Assembly: GCA_023380635.1 (NCBI GenBank)
Contig: JAMCRP010000001.1
Span: 109,305-173,304, forward strand
Length of the DNA: 64,000 nucleotides
Source of the DNA: Patescibacteria group bacterium
GTDB lineage: Bacteria > Patescibacteriota > Microgenomatia > JAMCZE01
Reading direction: 5' to 3'
Notes under the pieces: generated by a model
Databases searched by the model: none
The model's input: the letters and a program-made list of their open reading frames with translations, nothing else
Told to the model about the DNA's origin: nothing
Shown here: positions 10,457-19,862 of the stretch, one piece after another
Position numbering within the stretch: position 1 is the first letter of the stretch
How the letters are laid out: every line of letters starts with the position of its first letter
Made by a program: the position numbers and the translations under genes

Positions 10457-12789
10457 CTTTTACTAATCAACTTTCGTTCTGCCTCGTAGACAACCTGGCG
10501 TGTATGGTCAATGACATCCGGATTTACCGATACTGAGGTAATTCCCCATTCAACTAACTTCTCAGTTAGTTCCGGATAATCAGACGGGGCCTGGCCACAC
10601 ATCGAACAGGTGACATCATATTTTTTACAGGTTTTGATAATCTTTTCAAAAGAAAGATACATCGCCTCGTTGCGTTCGTCATACTCGGAAGCGACATTCT
10701 CGTTATCCCGGTCAACCCCGAGAGTCAGCATGGTTAAGTCATTTGAGCCAACAGAGATGCCGTCAATTCCGGCCTCCAGGAATTTGTCCAGCAAAATAAC
10801 ATTAGACGGGATTTCGCACATCATCCACAACCGAAAGCTGGGGCTGCGCCGCAAACCATTATCCGAAAGAATCTGTTTTACCTGCTCCAGCTCTTTAACT
10901 GTCCGGCAAAAAGGAATCATAAGCCACAGGTTACGAAATTCCAACTTTTCCCGGACATTTTTAATCGCTTCAATCTCCATTTTGAAGACTTCCGGCTGGA
11001 CAATATACCGATAAGCTCCCCGGAAACCAATCATTGGATTTTCTTCGTGTGGTTCGTAGGCTTCGCCCCCTTTAAGCGAACGATACTCATTTGTTTTGAA
11101 GTCAGTGGCGCGGTAAACAACGGGTCTTGGGTAAAAAGCTTGTACAAAAGTAGTAAGTTGTTCTGTTAATCCTTCAATGAACACATTTTGTTTTCGGTCA
11201 GCAATGGCCTTTTTCGGATGAATTCCAATCCCGGCTAACATGAACTCCGCGCGAAGCAGTCCCACCCCATCACAGTTCTTGGCAGCAATCTCTTTCGCCT
11301 TGTCCGGCTCAGCCAAATTCACATATACTTTAGTCGCCGTTTTCAGCTCCCTGTTTTCTGTTTTCACTTTGGTTACCTCGGTTACTTTGGTTACAATTTT
11401 AATTCCGCCCTTATATACTTTCCCTTCCGCTCCGTTTACCGTGACTACTTCGCCGGTTTTCAACAATCTGGTGGCGCTCTCTGTTCCCACAACACAAGGG
11501 ATTCCCAACTCCCGAGAAACAATAGCCGCGTGAGAAGTTCGGCCGCCTTTATCAGTCACAATCGCGCAGGCCTTCTTCATAGCCGGCACATAGTCCGGGT
11601 TGGTTTGCGTGGCGACCAAAACATCGCCGGGCATAATTTTGTCAATCTCTTTAGCACTTTTTAGAACTTTGGCAGGGCCGCTTTTAATTCCCGGGCTGGC
11701 GGGCGCGCCGGTTAAAAGTATTTCCATTTTTTCCAAGAATTTCTCTTCTTCTTTTGTATCCGAGGTCCTGTTTCCTGTTTCCTGTGTGGTAGTAATTGGC
11801 CTTGTTTGGACTAGATATATTTTTCCTCCGGCCACGGCAAACTCGCTATCCTGGGGGAAATAGTAGTGTTTTTCCAGATTTAACGAGAGCTTTGCCAGTT
11901 CCGTTACCTGCTCGTCGGATAGTTTCCGCTTATTCTTCAGTCGTCCGGGAACCTTTGTTTCTTTGGTTCGGCCGCCGCTTATCCGGGAAAGCTGAATGGT
12001 TTGGACCACCTGCTGCCGGTCGGTAATATACAGATCGTTCTTATTAACCTCATAGTGATCCGGAGTAACCTTTCCCTGAACCACATATTCGCCCAAACCC
12101 CAAATCGACTCAATTACCACCCGTTGACGGTTATTTGTTACCGGGTCAATAGAGAATACTATCCCGGAAACTTCGGAAGGAATTTGAGCCTGAACAACCA
12201 CGGCTATGGCCGCTGCCGCCTGGCTGATATGTTGCTGCTGTCGATAAAAAATTGACCGGCCGTCAAAAAGCGACGCCCAGCAGGCCCGAACGGCATCCAC
12301 CACATTGGCCTCGCCGACAATGTTCAGATAGGTTTCGTTCTGCCCGGCAAATGAAGCCGTCTTGGAATCTTCGGAAGTAGCACTACTGCGGATGGCTACC
12401 GCCAGATTCGCATCTTTAAGACCCCGAAGAAACTTCCCAAGACGGGAACCGTTACGCATTATTTTGCCCAAATGTAGATAGTTTTGAATGATCGCTTCAG
12501 AGATCGGCTGAGGCACGGGAGTAGTTTTGATCAGGTGTTTAATTTTGTTAGAAGCTTCGGCCAGTTCTACCGGGTTTGCCGTGTTCAGCCCGGAAAGAGT
12601 CTCTTTAATTTTCTGGTCCAGTTTGTTCTCCTTAAGAAATTCCAGGTAACACTCGGCTCCGACTATAAATCCCGGCGGTACCGGAAACCCGGCCGTAGTC
12701 ATTTCTCCCAGGTTAGCTCCTTTGCCGCCAACTTTCTCGGTATCTTCTTTGCCGATCTGTTCAAACCAGTAAATGCCTTTCGAGTTCAT
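10453..12789 (-). CDS. ppsA: Phosphoenolpyruvate synthase (pyruvate, water dikinase)
   Basis: N-terminal VGGKGANLGEM...PVPPGF ATP-grasp region, central phospho-His domain, C-terminal PEP-utilising TIM domain; 778 aa; stop overlaps eno start. Confidence 0.9.
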   Translation of the reverse strand: MNSKGIYWFEQIGKEDTEKVGGKGANLGEMTTAGFPVPPGFIVGAECYLEFLKENKLDQKIKETLSGLNTANPVELAEASNKIKHLIKTTPVPQPISEAIIQNYLHLGKIMRNGSRLGKFLRGLKDANLAVAIRSSATSEDSKTASFAGQNETYLNIVGEANVVDAVRACWASLFDGRSIFYRQQQHISQAAAAIAVVVQAQIPSEVSGIVFSIDPVTNNRQRVVIESIWGLGEYVVQGKVTPDHYEVNKNDLYITDRQQVVQTIQLSRISGGRTKETKVPGRLKNKRKLSDEQVTELAKLSLNLEKHYYFPQDSEFAVAGGKIYLVQTRPITTTQETGNRTSDTKEEEKFLEKMEILLTGAPASPGIKSGPAKVLKSAKEIDKIMPGDVLVATQTNPDYVPAMKKACAIVTDKGGRTSHAAIVSRELGIPCVVGTESATRLLKTGEVVTVNGAEGKVYKGGIKIVTKVTEVTKVKTENRELKTATKVYVNLAEPDKAKEIAAKNCDGVGLLRAEFMLAGIGIHPKKAIADRKQNVFIEGLTEQLTTFVQAFYPRPVVYRATDFKTNEYRSLKGGEAYEPHEENPMIGFRGAYRYIVQPEVFKMEIEAIKNVREKLEFRNLWLMIPFCRTVKELEQVKQILSDNGLRRSPSFRLWMMCEIPSNVILLDKFLEAGIDGISVGSNDLTMLTLGVDRDNENVASEYDERNEAMYLSFEKIIKTCKKYDVTCSMCGQAPSDYPELTEKLVEWGITSVSVNPDVIDHTRQVVYEAERKLISKR

Positions 12790-14089
12790 GAATAATATTG
12801 TCCGCCTGAGCCAAGCTCCGGGTCTCCAGATTTAATCTCAAATACGGCTCCGTCAGACTTGACCGTAAATTAAACTTAAAGTCCGGTCCGAAAACCGTCA
12901 GACCATCTTTAATAGAAATAGGATAATCCATTTTTCGATAAAATTCACTAAGCTTTTCTAAAATTTCCGGCGCTTTTGCCGGCGGGCAGGGAAAGTTTTT
13001 TTCCGGAAGCTCGAAATATTTTTTTGCTAAGGCAGCCAGTTTCTCCTCAAGAGGAGTACTTTCCCATAACGCTAAAAACTTTAGCGAGGCCAAAACGCCG
13101 TCGTCAATGCAGTGGAAAGACCGAAAAACAAAATGACCGGAAGTTTCGCCGCCAAAAATAACCTCCGGATCTTCCTGCATGCTGTACTTAATATTTTGCG
13201 ACCAGGCGGGAAGGACCTCCAGGGTTCCGCCGGCTTCCTCCACTAAATCCCGAACGACCAGCCCGGCCCTGACATCCACGGCAATTTTCCTGCCGGAAGT
13301 TGAGTTTCTGATTTCACCGGCCGCCAGAATTCCCAGAACAAAGGGTAAGGGAACTAGCTGACCCTGTCTATCGACAAAAACAACTCTATCCCCGTCGGAG
13401 TCCCAGATTATTCCCAAATCAGCCTTGTTTTCTCTTACCGCCTTAGCCAGATTAACCCGATTCTGGGGAAGCAAAGGGTTACCTGATGAGAGGGATTTGA
13501 CCAGAGTAAAATTAATTCCCAGCCGGGAGAAAAGGTCATTTACCGGCACCGCCACCGCACTTTCAGTCACATCCAAAACGACTTTAGTCCGAAAGCGGTC
13601 TCTGGGCAGTAGGTTCGTGATGGCAGTAATATAGTCCTCGGTCTTATTAAGTCTGGTAGCCTCAACCTTGGGAACCAGAATAGGGTTATTTTCTAACTGC
13701 CCAACAAGACTCTTCACTTTCAAAATTTCTTCCTGATCAAAAGGCAAACTGTTCGAATCAACCAACTTAAAACCATTTTCGTCGGCACTGATATGGGAAG
13801 CCGTGATCATTACCCCGAGATCAAAGTCACCAGTGGCCACGGAAAAATAGAACTCGGGAACCGGCACTTCGAACAGATCAAAAACCGCGACTTTTCCGGC
13901 CGAGAAGCCGTCGATGAGAAATTTTTTGAGACCCGGTGAGCTTTCCCGGGTGTCGGATCCCAAAAGTACTTTTTTAGGCTTCCTGAGGGCGGTTAATGCC
14001 TTGCCGAGAAGAAAAGCCAGTCTTTCGTCAACCTCACCGGGGTATTTGCCCCGAATATCAAACATCCTAAAGGCAGCTTCGATGTCCAC
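12761..14089 (-). CDS. Phosphoglucomutase/phosphomannomutase family protein (alpha-D-phosphohexomutase)
   Basis: Active-site loop ITASHISADENGFK (TASHNP-like phosphoserine motif); 442 aa. Confidence 0.8.
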   Translation of the reverse strand: MDIEAAFRMFDIRGKYPGEVDERLAFLLGKALTALRKPKKVLLGSDTRESSPGLKKFLIDGFSAGKVAVFDLFEVPVPEFYFSVATGDFDLGVMITASHISADENGFKLVDSNSLPFDQEEILKVKSLVGQLENNPILVPKVEATRLNKTEDYITAITNLLPRDRFRTKVVLDVTESAVAVPVNDLFSRLGINFTLVKSLSSGNPLLPQNRVNLAKAVRENKADLGIIWDSDGDRVVFVDRQGQLVPLPFVLGILAAGEIRNSTSGRKIAVDVRAGLVVRDLVEEAGGTLEVLPAWSQNIKYSMQEDPEVIFGGETSGHFVFRSFHCIDDGVLASLKFLALWESTPLEEKLAALAKKYFELPEKNFPCPPAKAPEILEKLSEFYRKMDYPISIKDGLTVFGPDFKFNLRSSLTEPYLRLNLETRSLAQADNIIHELERHLLV

Positions 14090-14098
14090 TCTACTATG

Positions 14099-14611
14099 TT
14101 AGAGACCCAGCAAAAATAGTTCAATAGCAAGGGACAAATCTCCGGGCAACTGGCCGGTTTTGAACAGATAGTCAATCTCCAGCAACTTCTTTAAAGCCGG
14201 GCCGTTTTGAGAGAGGCGGTATTTTCGCACCAGCATTAAAAAAATGAATTGGGCGTCATTATCTCTAAGCGCTTCTCTAAATCCCGGAACTGTCGGATAA
14301 TCCAGAAACTTCCAGATTGTCTGGGAAATCCGGAATTCCAAAGCTTTAGCCGTTTTCGGCGGGGTAATCTTTTTGCCTGACCAAACTATGACTTCCGCCT
14401 GTGGATTCCCCAAATCAAACTTGGGCAAACCTTCAATAATAATCAGCCGGTCATTGGCAAACATCGGACCGGATTGTGTCGCCTGAATGTAGTCCGTTTC
14501 GCTGACAGTGGCTCCGTCTAATGAAACGATTTCACCGGAGAACTCATTTTTTATTTTCTCCAGCTCTTTGCGACTAGCGGCCGAATTTTCGCCATGTAGA
14601 ATAGTGATCAT
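14099..14611 (-). CDS. Possible minimal DNA polymerase III delta subunit (HolA-like)
   Basis: N-terminus ITILHGEN resembles the HolA YLLYGEE box; C-terminus IDYLFKTG...LAIELFLLGL resembles the Bacillus HolA C-terminus (IDYEMKTG...LLELFLLQL); only 170 aa. Confidence 0.4.
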   Translation of the reverse strand: MITILHGENSAASRKELEKIKNEFSGEIVSLDGATVSETDYIQATQSGPMFANDRLIIIEGLPKFDLGNPQAEVIVWSGKKITPPKTAKALEFRISQTIWKFLDYPTVPGFREALRDNDAQFIFLMLVRKYRLSQNGPALKKLLEIDYLFKTGQLPGDLSLAIELFLLGL

Positions 14612-14942
14612 TTACTTTTTTATTAAATCCCCTTTTGTGCGGCACCAAAGCGCCGCTGAAAGTTTTGGGGATATGCATTAACTCATGAATAAGCGTTTTA
14701 TCCTTATCCTCCTCCGACATTTTATCAAACCGTTCGGCTATCACTTCGATTATATACTGGGGTTTAATTCCCAAAACCATTTGCCAGGGGCGGGGCAGGC
14801 TCCAAATGCGGGCAATGGCTCTTGATGACGAGCCGTGGCCACGCATAGCTGTTATTTTGGACCCGTCAACATGGCCAAAAATTTGGCTATCCAGGATCCG
14901 ATCAAGGCGTCGTTTAACATCTGGGGCAAGTTGCCAGTCCAT
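14574..14942 (-). CDS. Small HExxH zinc metallohydrolase, YgjP/DUF45-like; true start may be the internal Met near 14846
   Basis: HELMH motif; RGHGSSS resembles the RWGSCS motif of YgjP-like proteins; annotated start overlaps the upstream GH gene by 91 bp. Confidence 0.4.
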   Translation of the reverse strand: MDWQLAPDVKRRLDRILDSQIFGHVDGSKITAMRGHGSSSRAIARIWSLPRPWQMVLGIKPQYIIEVIAERFDKMSEEDKDKTLIHELMHIPKTFSGALVPHKRGFNKKVNDHYSTWRKFGR

Positions 14943-15991
14943 TGCGGGTATATCTTACCAGACCCGGGGTTTACCTGATATCCCTGGCTAATTTGGCTAA
15001 TCTTTGCCGCCAGCTGCGGGTTTCCCGCCGCCTTGGATATCGCCATGTATTCTTTAGCGAACGGTTTTAAGCCGTTTGTCCCGGTGAAACTAAAATCAGC
15101 AAAGGGTTGGGTTTGGGCGTCCAAAAGAAACGGGGTTACGGCCACGATATCATCGTCGGTCCAGATATCGTCAAAAGCCGCCTTCAGCCAGCCGCCGTTC
15201 TTCCAGCCGGCTTCCGTGATAAAAATCTTCAGGTTACAGGCTTCAAAATTATGGCAGAGATAATCACGTTCAAAACGGTACGAAGCTACATTGACCGGGC
15301 TATAAACATTGGGATAGGTCGAGAAGCCGGGATTGCCGTAGGCGTGGGAAGAAAAGCCGTCTATCCGGGAAAAAATTCCCGGCCAGGCGGCCTGCATTTC
15401 TGAAAAATACTCATATTCATTCATAGAATTGCTTCCGTTAGGAGCTGACGCGTCCATCCCCGCGGAAATCACAAAGAAATCCGGGTTGCGTTTGTGAAAG
15501 ATATCAACAGCCCGATCCAACACCCGCGCATATTCTTGCGGATAAACAAAACCGCCCCATTCACCCTCGTGGTTAGGCTCGTTGTAAATTACCACATAGC
15601 GGTTCCTGGTCGGCCAGGGCAACTGGTCAAGAAAGTTGGCGAAATCCACTAAATCATATTCGTTCGGCGCCATCCAGTGATCATCGACCGGAAAACTGGC
15701 AATACGCAAGATTGGGATAATTTTGAGTTGCTTGGCGTTTTGCATGAATTTTGTCCACTTCTCCAAATCACGGTCATTGGCCCGGATGGGAATCGTCACA
15801 TAACCCCACTGTCCGCCGGAAGTGTTCACCAAATCCGCCGCTTTAAAGATTTCCTGGGGATCCAGGATGTGAATACCGAACTTATTATTGGGAACGGATA
15901 GGGGGTCGTAAACTGCCCTGACAGGGGAAACAAAAATCAATCCGCAAAATATTAAAGCGAGGCAAATTGCAGCTTTTTTGCGCACTAGCAA
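14852..15991 (-). CDS. Secreted glycoside hydrolase, clan GH-A (GH5-like)
   Basis: Signal peptide (MLVRKKAAICLALIFCGLIFVSPVRA); catalytic acid/base motif VIYNEPNHE and nucleophile motif ITEAGW typical of clan GH-A. Confidence 0.6.
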   Translation of the reverse strand: MLVRKKAAICLALIFCGLIFVSPVRAVYDPLSVPNNKFGIHILDPQEIFKAADLVNTSGGQWGYVTIPIRANDRDLEKWTKFMQNAKQLKIIPILRIASFPVDDHWMAPNEYDLVDFANFLDQLPWPTRNRYVVIYNEPNHEGEWGGFVYPQEYARVLDRAVDIFHKRNPDFFVISAGMDASAPNGSNSMNEYEYFSEMQAAWPGIFSRIDGFSSHAYGNPGFSTYPNVYSPVNVASYRFERDYLCHNFEACNLKIFITEAGWKNGGWLKAAFDDIWTDDDIVAVTPFLLDAQTQPFADFSFTGTNGLKPFAKEYMAISKAAGNPQLAAKISQISQGYQVNPGSGKIYPQWTGNLPQMLNDALIGSWIAKFLAMLTGPK

Positions 15992-16012
15992 ATTATATCA
16001 TCAACTCTCTAC

Positions 16013-16040
16013 TTGACGGTCAAAATTATCATCATATAAT
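16013..16040 (+). promoter_or_regulatory. Sigma70-like promoter TTGACG-16nt-TATAAT; -10 ends 6 nt before the GTG start at 16047 (leaderless-type)
   Basis: TTGACG 16013-16018, TATAAT 16035-16040. Confidence 0.5.
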
Positions 16041-16046
16041 CACCTT

Positions 16047-16382
16047 GTGTCTGAACAAATATCAGATTGGACTGAGTTACTTCTTAAGTCTAGACCTAAT
16101 AGCTTGGCCGAGAAGGCCAAAGCCCCCGTACTGATCGTTAAACAAAACCGTCCCGAGGTCACCGCAAAAGCAGTAACTGGTGTGGTGACGGAAATGGATG
16201 ATCCCCGTCATCCCGGAGGGAGAATTACCGTTACCAGCCTCCGATTCATAAACGGAACCGTACCCTTCAGCCTGCTTAATGTCCCCGTCGAAGATCTTCG
16301 TGAAGGCCAAATTAATCTTGGTTGGTTTGTGTCGGGAACGGCGAAATTCGTGGGCCTCGCCGGTAGTGAAGATAACCCCTAA
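16047..16382 (+). CDS. Hypothetical protein (111 aa)
   Basis: ORF with GTG start just downstream of a consensus promoter; no recognisable motif. Confidence 0.35.
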   Translation: MSEQISDWTELLLKSRPNSLAEKAKAPVLIVKQNRPEVTAKAVTGVVTEMDDPRHPGGRITVTSLRFINGTVPFSLLNVPVEDLREGQINLGWFVSGTAKFVGLAGSEDNP

Positions 16383-18175
16383 GTCAGTCCCCTCGCCGCT
16401 CTTTTGGCCTCTGCTTCATCGAGAACAACTTTACGGATGCGAATATTAAGCGGTGTGGCTTCAACCAGTTCGGTATCGTCAATATAATCTAAAGCATTTT
16501 CCAAAGCCATCTCCCTGGGTTTGTCAAAATGAGCGGAAACCCCTTCGCCTTTGGAGCGGTGATTGGTCAACTGTTTTTCTTTGCAGACATTCACCCGCAA
16601 GTCGCCGGTTCGGGCATTTTGGCCCACCACCTGACCCTTGTACACTTCTGCTCCTGGCCCGACAAACAACTGCCCCCGGTCTTGAATATTAATTAATCCA
16701 TAGAGTAAGGTCTTTCCGGTTTCGTGAGCCACCAGCGATCCCTGATCGCGCTCCTTCCAGTTTTCAAAATCTTTATCATACTTTTCAAAGGAAGTGTTAA
16801 TAATCCCCAGGCCCCGGGTATCGGTGATGAATTTACTCCGGTAGCCCAAAAGTCCGCGTGTTGGTATCAGAAATTCCAAAAAAACCGTCCCATTTTCCGT
16901 TCTCATGTCCCGCAGATTTCCGTGCCGCTCTCCCATTTCCTGCATAATGATCCCCGAAAACTGCTCGGGGGCTTCGATATAAACCATCTCATAAGGAACA
17001 AGGCCATCTTTCTCAACAACTTTCGGCTGGGAAACTTCCAGTTCATAGCCTTCCCTTCGCAGGCGTTCAACGAGTATCGCCAGGTGAAGTTCACCGCGCC
17101 CGGAAACTTCCCAGGTGCCATCGGGATTATTCTTGACCCGTAGCGCCATATCCGTTTCCAGTTCCCGCATTAATCTCTCTCTAATTTGCCGGCCCGTCGA
17201 AAACTTTCCTTCTTTGCCGGCAAACGGCGAGGTGTTAACCCCAAAAGTCATTTTTACCGTGGGTTGTTCGATGTCCAGAAGAGGTAGTGCAGTCGGATTA
17301 TTCGGATCGGTGATGGTTTCCCCGATATTAATGTCTGGTATTCCGGCAATGGCCGCAATGTCACCCGCTTCCGCTTCGGCAATATCTTTTTTCTCCAACC
17401 CTTCAAAACCAATTAAAGCCGTTAAACGATACTTTTTTGTTTCGCCTGCCCGGTTAATCAAAGCCACTTCCTGATTAGCTTTAATCCGACCATTATAGAT
17501 CCGCCCGGTGGCAATTCTCCCTTTGAAATTATCACCCTTAATGGTCGTCACCAGCATTTGTAAAGGTTTTTCAGGATCTCCCGAAGGTGCCGGGACAAAC
17601 TCCCTAATAGCCTCAAAAACCGGGGTAATATCCTTCATTTTCGAAACATCGGGGTCAATTCCCGCCTTGCCGTCTTTGCCGATAGCATAAACCACCGGGA
17701 AAAAAGCGGCTTCTTCTGAAGCCCCCAGTTCGACGAACAAATCGAAAGTCTTGCCCACGACCCACTCGGGTCTGGCGTCAGGTTTGTCAACTTTATTCAC
17801 GACCACGATAATTTTTAATCCCAAAGCCAGGGCTTTTTTTAAAACAAATCGGGTTTGTGGCATGGGTCCTTCTTTGGCATCTACGAGCAGAAGTGCTCCG
17901 TCAGCCATTTTCAGCACCCGTTCCACTTCCCCACCGAAGTCGGCGTGGCCGGGAGTATCGATAATATTTATTTTGGTATCGCCCCACATAACCGACGCAT
18001 TCTTGGAGAAAATGGTAATCCCGCGTTCTCTTTCGAGCTCATTAGAGTCCAAAATGGCGCTTTGGGCCGCCTGTTCTTTGTTTAAATGGGTGTTCGATTG
18101 CCGCAGCAAAGCATCCACGAGCGTGGTTTTGCCGTGGTCAACATGAGCAATAATTGCGACATTTCTTATATTCAT
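16379..18175 (-). CDS. typA: Translational GTPase TypA/BipA
   Basis: G1 AHVDHGKTTL, DTPGH, NKVD motifs; EF-G-like domain order; 598 aa. Confidence 0.95.
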   Translation of the reverse strand: MNIRNVAIIAHVDHGKTTLVDALLRQSNTHLNKEQAAQSAILDSNELERERGITIFSKNASVMWGDTKINIIDTPGHADFGGEVERVLKMADGALLLVDAKEGPMPQTRFVLKKALALGLKIIVVVNKVDKPDARPEWVVGKTFDLFVELGASEEAAFFPVVYAIGKDGKAGIDPDVSKMKDITPVFEAIREFVPAPSGDPEKPLQMLVTTIKGDNFKGRIATGRIYNGRIKANQEVALINRAGETKKYRLTALIGFEGLEKKDIAEAEAGDIAAIAGIPDINIGETITDPNNPTALPLLDIEQPTVKMTFGVNTSPFAGKEGKFSTGRQIRERLMRELETDMALRVKNNPDGTWEVSGRGELHLAILVERLRREGYELEVSQPKVVEKDGLVPYEMVYIEAPEQFSGIIMQEMGERHGNLRDMRTENGTVFLEFLIPTRGLLGYRSKFITDTRGLGIINTSFEKYDKDFENWKERDQGSLVAHETGKTLLYGLINIQDRGQLFVGPGAEVYKGQVVGQNARTGDLRVNVCKEKQLTNHRSKGEGVSAHFDKPREMALENALDYIDDTELVEATPLNIRIRKVVLDEAEAKRAARGLT

Positions 18176-18226
18176 AGTTATTCATTAAAAAAGCCCTCCT
18201 TCGGGCAAAATAACGGAAGGGCCAAG

Positions 18227-18302
18227 TAGCGCGTGCGGGATTCGAACCCGCGATTCCAAGAGTGAAAATCTTGTGTCCTAGACCAGGCTAGACGAACGCG
18301 CC
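18227..18302 (-). tRNA. tRNA-Glu (anticodon UUC)
   Basis: Manual fold: acceptor GGCGCGU/ACGCGCU, anticodon stem CAAGA/UCUUG with loop UUUUCAC, T-arm GCGGG-UUCGAAU-CCCGC; close to E. coli tRNA-Glu. Confidence 0.85.
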
Positions 18303-18323
18303 CCGATCGCTTATTATTTTATC

Positions 18324-18824
18324 ATGTTTTGGGTTGCTGTCATACTCCTCATCATGATTCTGCCTTTTGCCCTTGCGGGGTGGTTGTTTGCCCCTTGGAT
18401 TCCGATCAAAAATAGTGAATTGGAAAGATTAGGTAAAGTTCTTAAGCTTAAACCAACAGATACTTTTTATGAACTAGGCTGTGGTGACGGCCGGGTAGTG
18501 CGCTTTGTGGCCAAAAAGTTCGGCTGCAAAAGCGTTGGCATTGAGCTTAATCCTTTTTTGTACGCTACCAGCCGCCTGCTCCAAGCTTCACGCCGCGAGC
18601 GTTATGTTCTTGGCGATCTTTTTGCCCAGGACCTTTCCCCAGCCAGTTGCGTCTATTTATACGGCCTGCCCCGAACCATAAATAAAAGGGTTCAAGCTAA
18701 GTTAGAAACGGAGCTGCCCGTGGGTGCGACCGTAATCTCGTACGGTTTTCTCTTCCAAAAATGGCAGCCTGTCAAAATCGATAAAGCCACCGGCAAACTG
18801 CCGATTTTTGTCTATCAGCGATAG
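18324..18824 (+). CDS. Small membrane-anchored class I SAM-dependent methyltransferase
   Basis: N-terminal TM helix; SAM motif I ELGCGDGRV; 166 aa. Confidence 0.65.
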   Translation: MFWVAVILLIMILPFALAGWLFAPWIPIKNSELERLGKVLKLKPTDTFYELGCGDGRVVRFVAKKFGCKSVGIELNPFLYATSRLLQASRRERYVLGDLFAQDLSPASCVYLYGLPRTINKRVQAKLETELPVGATVISYGFLFQKWQPVKIDKATGKLPIFVYQR

Positions 18825-18863
18825 CTTGCCTCAAAGCCTCAAAAAAGCTAAAATATAACCGTT

Positions 18864-18936
18864 GGGGCGATAGCTCAGCGGTAGAGCAGGAGCCTTTTAA
18901 GCTCTTGGTCCAGGGTTCGAATCCCTGTCGCCTCAC
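18864..18936 (+). tRNA. tRNA-Lys (anticodon UUU)
   Basis: Manual fold: acceptor GGGGCGA/UCGCCUC, anticodon loop CUUUUAA, T-arm CAGGG-UUCGAAU-CCCUG. Confidence 0.85.
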
Positions 18937-19087
18937 ACTACCCCTTCTAAAAACTGCAAACGCTTGCGTTGTTAAAGATGCCGATTTAATATAAACTGGT
19001 TTGATCTATATAAACATCTTGCAAACGACCGATAACATGAACTATATTATTTACATGACAAAACTCACTGTTTGTCAGTGTGTCAGG

Positions 19088-19114
19088 AACCAACCGTAAC
19101 TGGTTGGTTTTTTT
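19088..19114 (+). terminator. Intrinsic terminator-like hairpin (AACCAACC-GTAACT-GGTTGGTT + T5) in the AT-rich spacer downstream of tRNA-Lys
   Basis: Perfect 8-bp stem followed by TTTTT. Confidence 0.5.
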
Positions 19115-19152
19115 GTTTAAAATTTATAAAAAGAGAGGGGGTGAAAAAATAA

Positions 19153-19749
19153 ATGAAAAAAATCTTAATTGGTGTAGCATCTGCGGCCATCGGATTAGCA
19201 ATGTTTGCAGTTCCAGCTTTTGCTGCCCCATCAGTGCATACGAACTTTGGTCAAACGGTAAATGCGAGCAGTTGTAATACTTCAAGTGCTCCAGTAGTTA
19301 ACGTTACATATAAAGTCACGAATAATGCTGATTCAGGAGTAGTACCACCAGTTTGGGCTACGGATAATTACACTAAGAGACTTCAAATATGGCAACAGGC
19401 TAATGGAACATTTTGTGCTATTGCAAAATACCAAGGCCAATTTGTAACTAATGGTGCTGGAAGTCCAGAGACAGGAGAAACTCTAGCCGCTGGAGTTCAA
19501 GGTGCATTTGAAGGGGGTTATACAGCTTTCTTTGATGGCACTCTCAATTCAAGTCCTAGCTATCCAACACATGGAAATATCGGCACTTTTGATTTCAGCT
19601 CGGGACCATCGTTTGATTGGATAGGAACTTACTTTACTGGTTATACTGATTTCAAGCTACCGTACTGGGCATGGAACTACCATGCTGGTAATAATGGGAG
19701 TTGGGTAAATGCGTCAACAGGGAATCATGGAGATATAACTGGAAATTGA
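19153..19749 (+). CDS. Small secreted protein of unknown function (Gly/Asn/Thr/aromatic-rich) encoded in an AT-rich islet
   Basis: Signal peptide MKKILIGVASAAIGLAMFAVPAFA; GGGGTG RBS 8 nt upstream; GC visibly lower than flanks; 198 aa. Confidence 0.6.
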   Translation: MKKILIGVASAAIGLAMFAVPAFAAPSVHTNFGQTVNASSCNTSSAPVVNVTYKVTNNADSGVVPPVWATDNYTKRLQIWQQANGTFCAIAKYQGQFVTNGAGSPETGETLAAGVQGAFEGGYTAFFDGTLNSSPSYPTHGNIGTFDFSSGPSFDWIGTYFTGYTDFKLPYWAWNYHAGNNGSWVNASTGNHGDITGN

Positions 19750-19772
19750 GTTACCTACTTAATCCTAAGCAG

Positions 19773-19805
19773 CCCATCGGGTTCGAAACCGGTGGGTTGT
19801 TTGGT
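19773..19805 (+). terminator. Terminator hairpin with tRNA T-arm-like loop (CCCATCGG-GTTCGAAA-CCGGTGGG + T-rich tail)
   Basis: 8-bp stem with one G-U pair, followed by TTGTTTGGTT; starts 24 nt after the stop of the 19153-19749 gene. Confidence 0.5.
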
Positions 19806-19862
19806 TATGATGACAATCGTATTAAACTCTTCCAAAAGGGGATCAAACACGGGACGGCCGCT

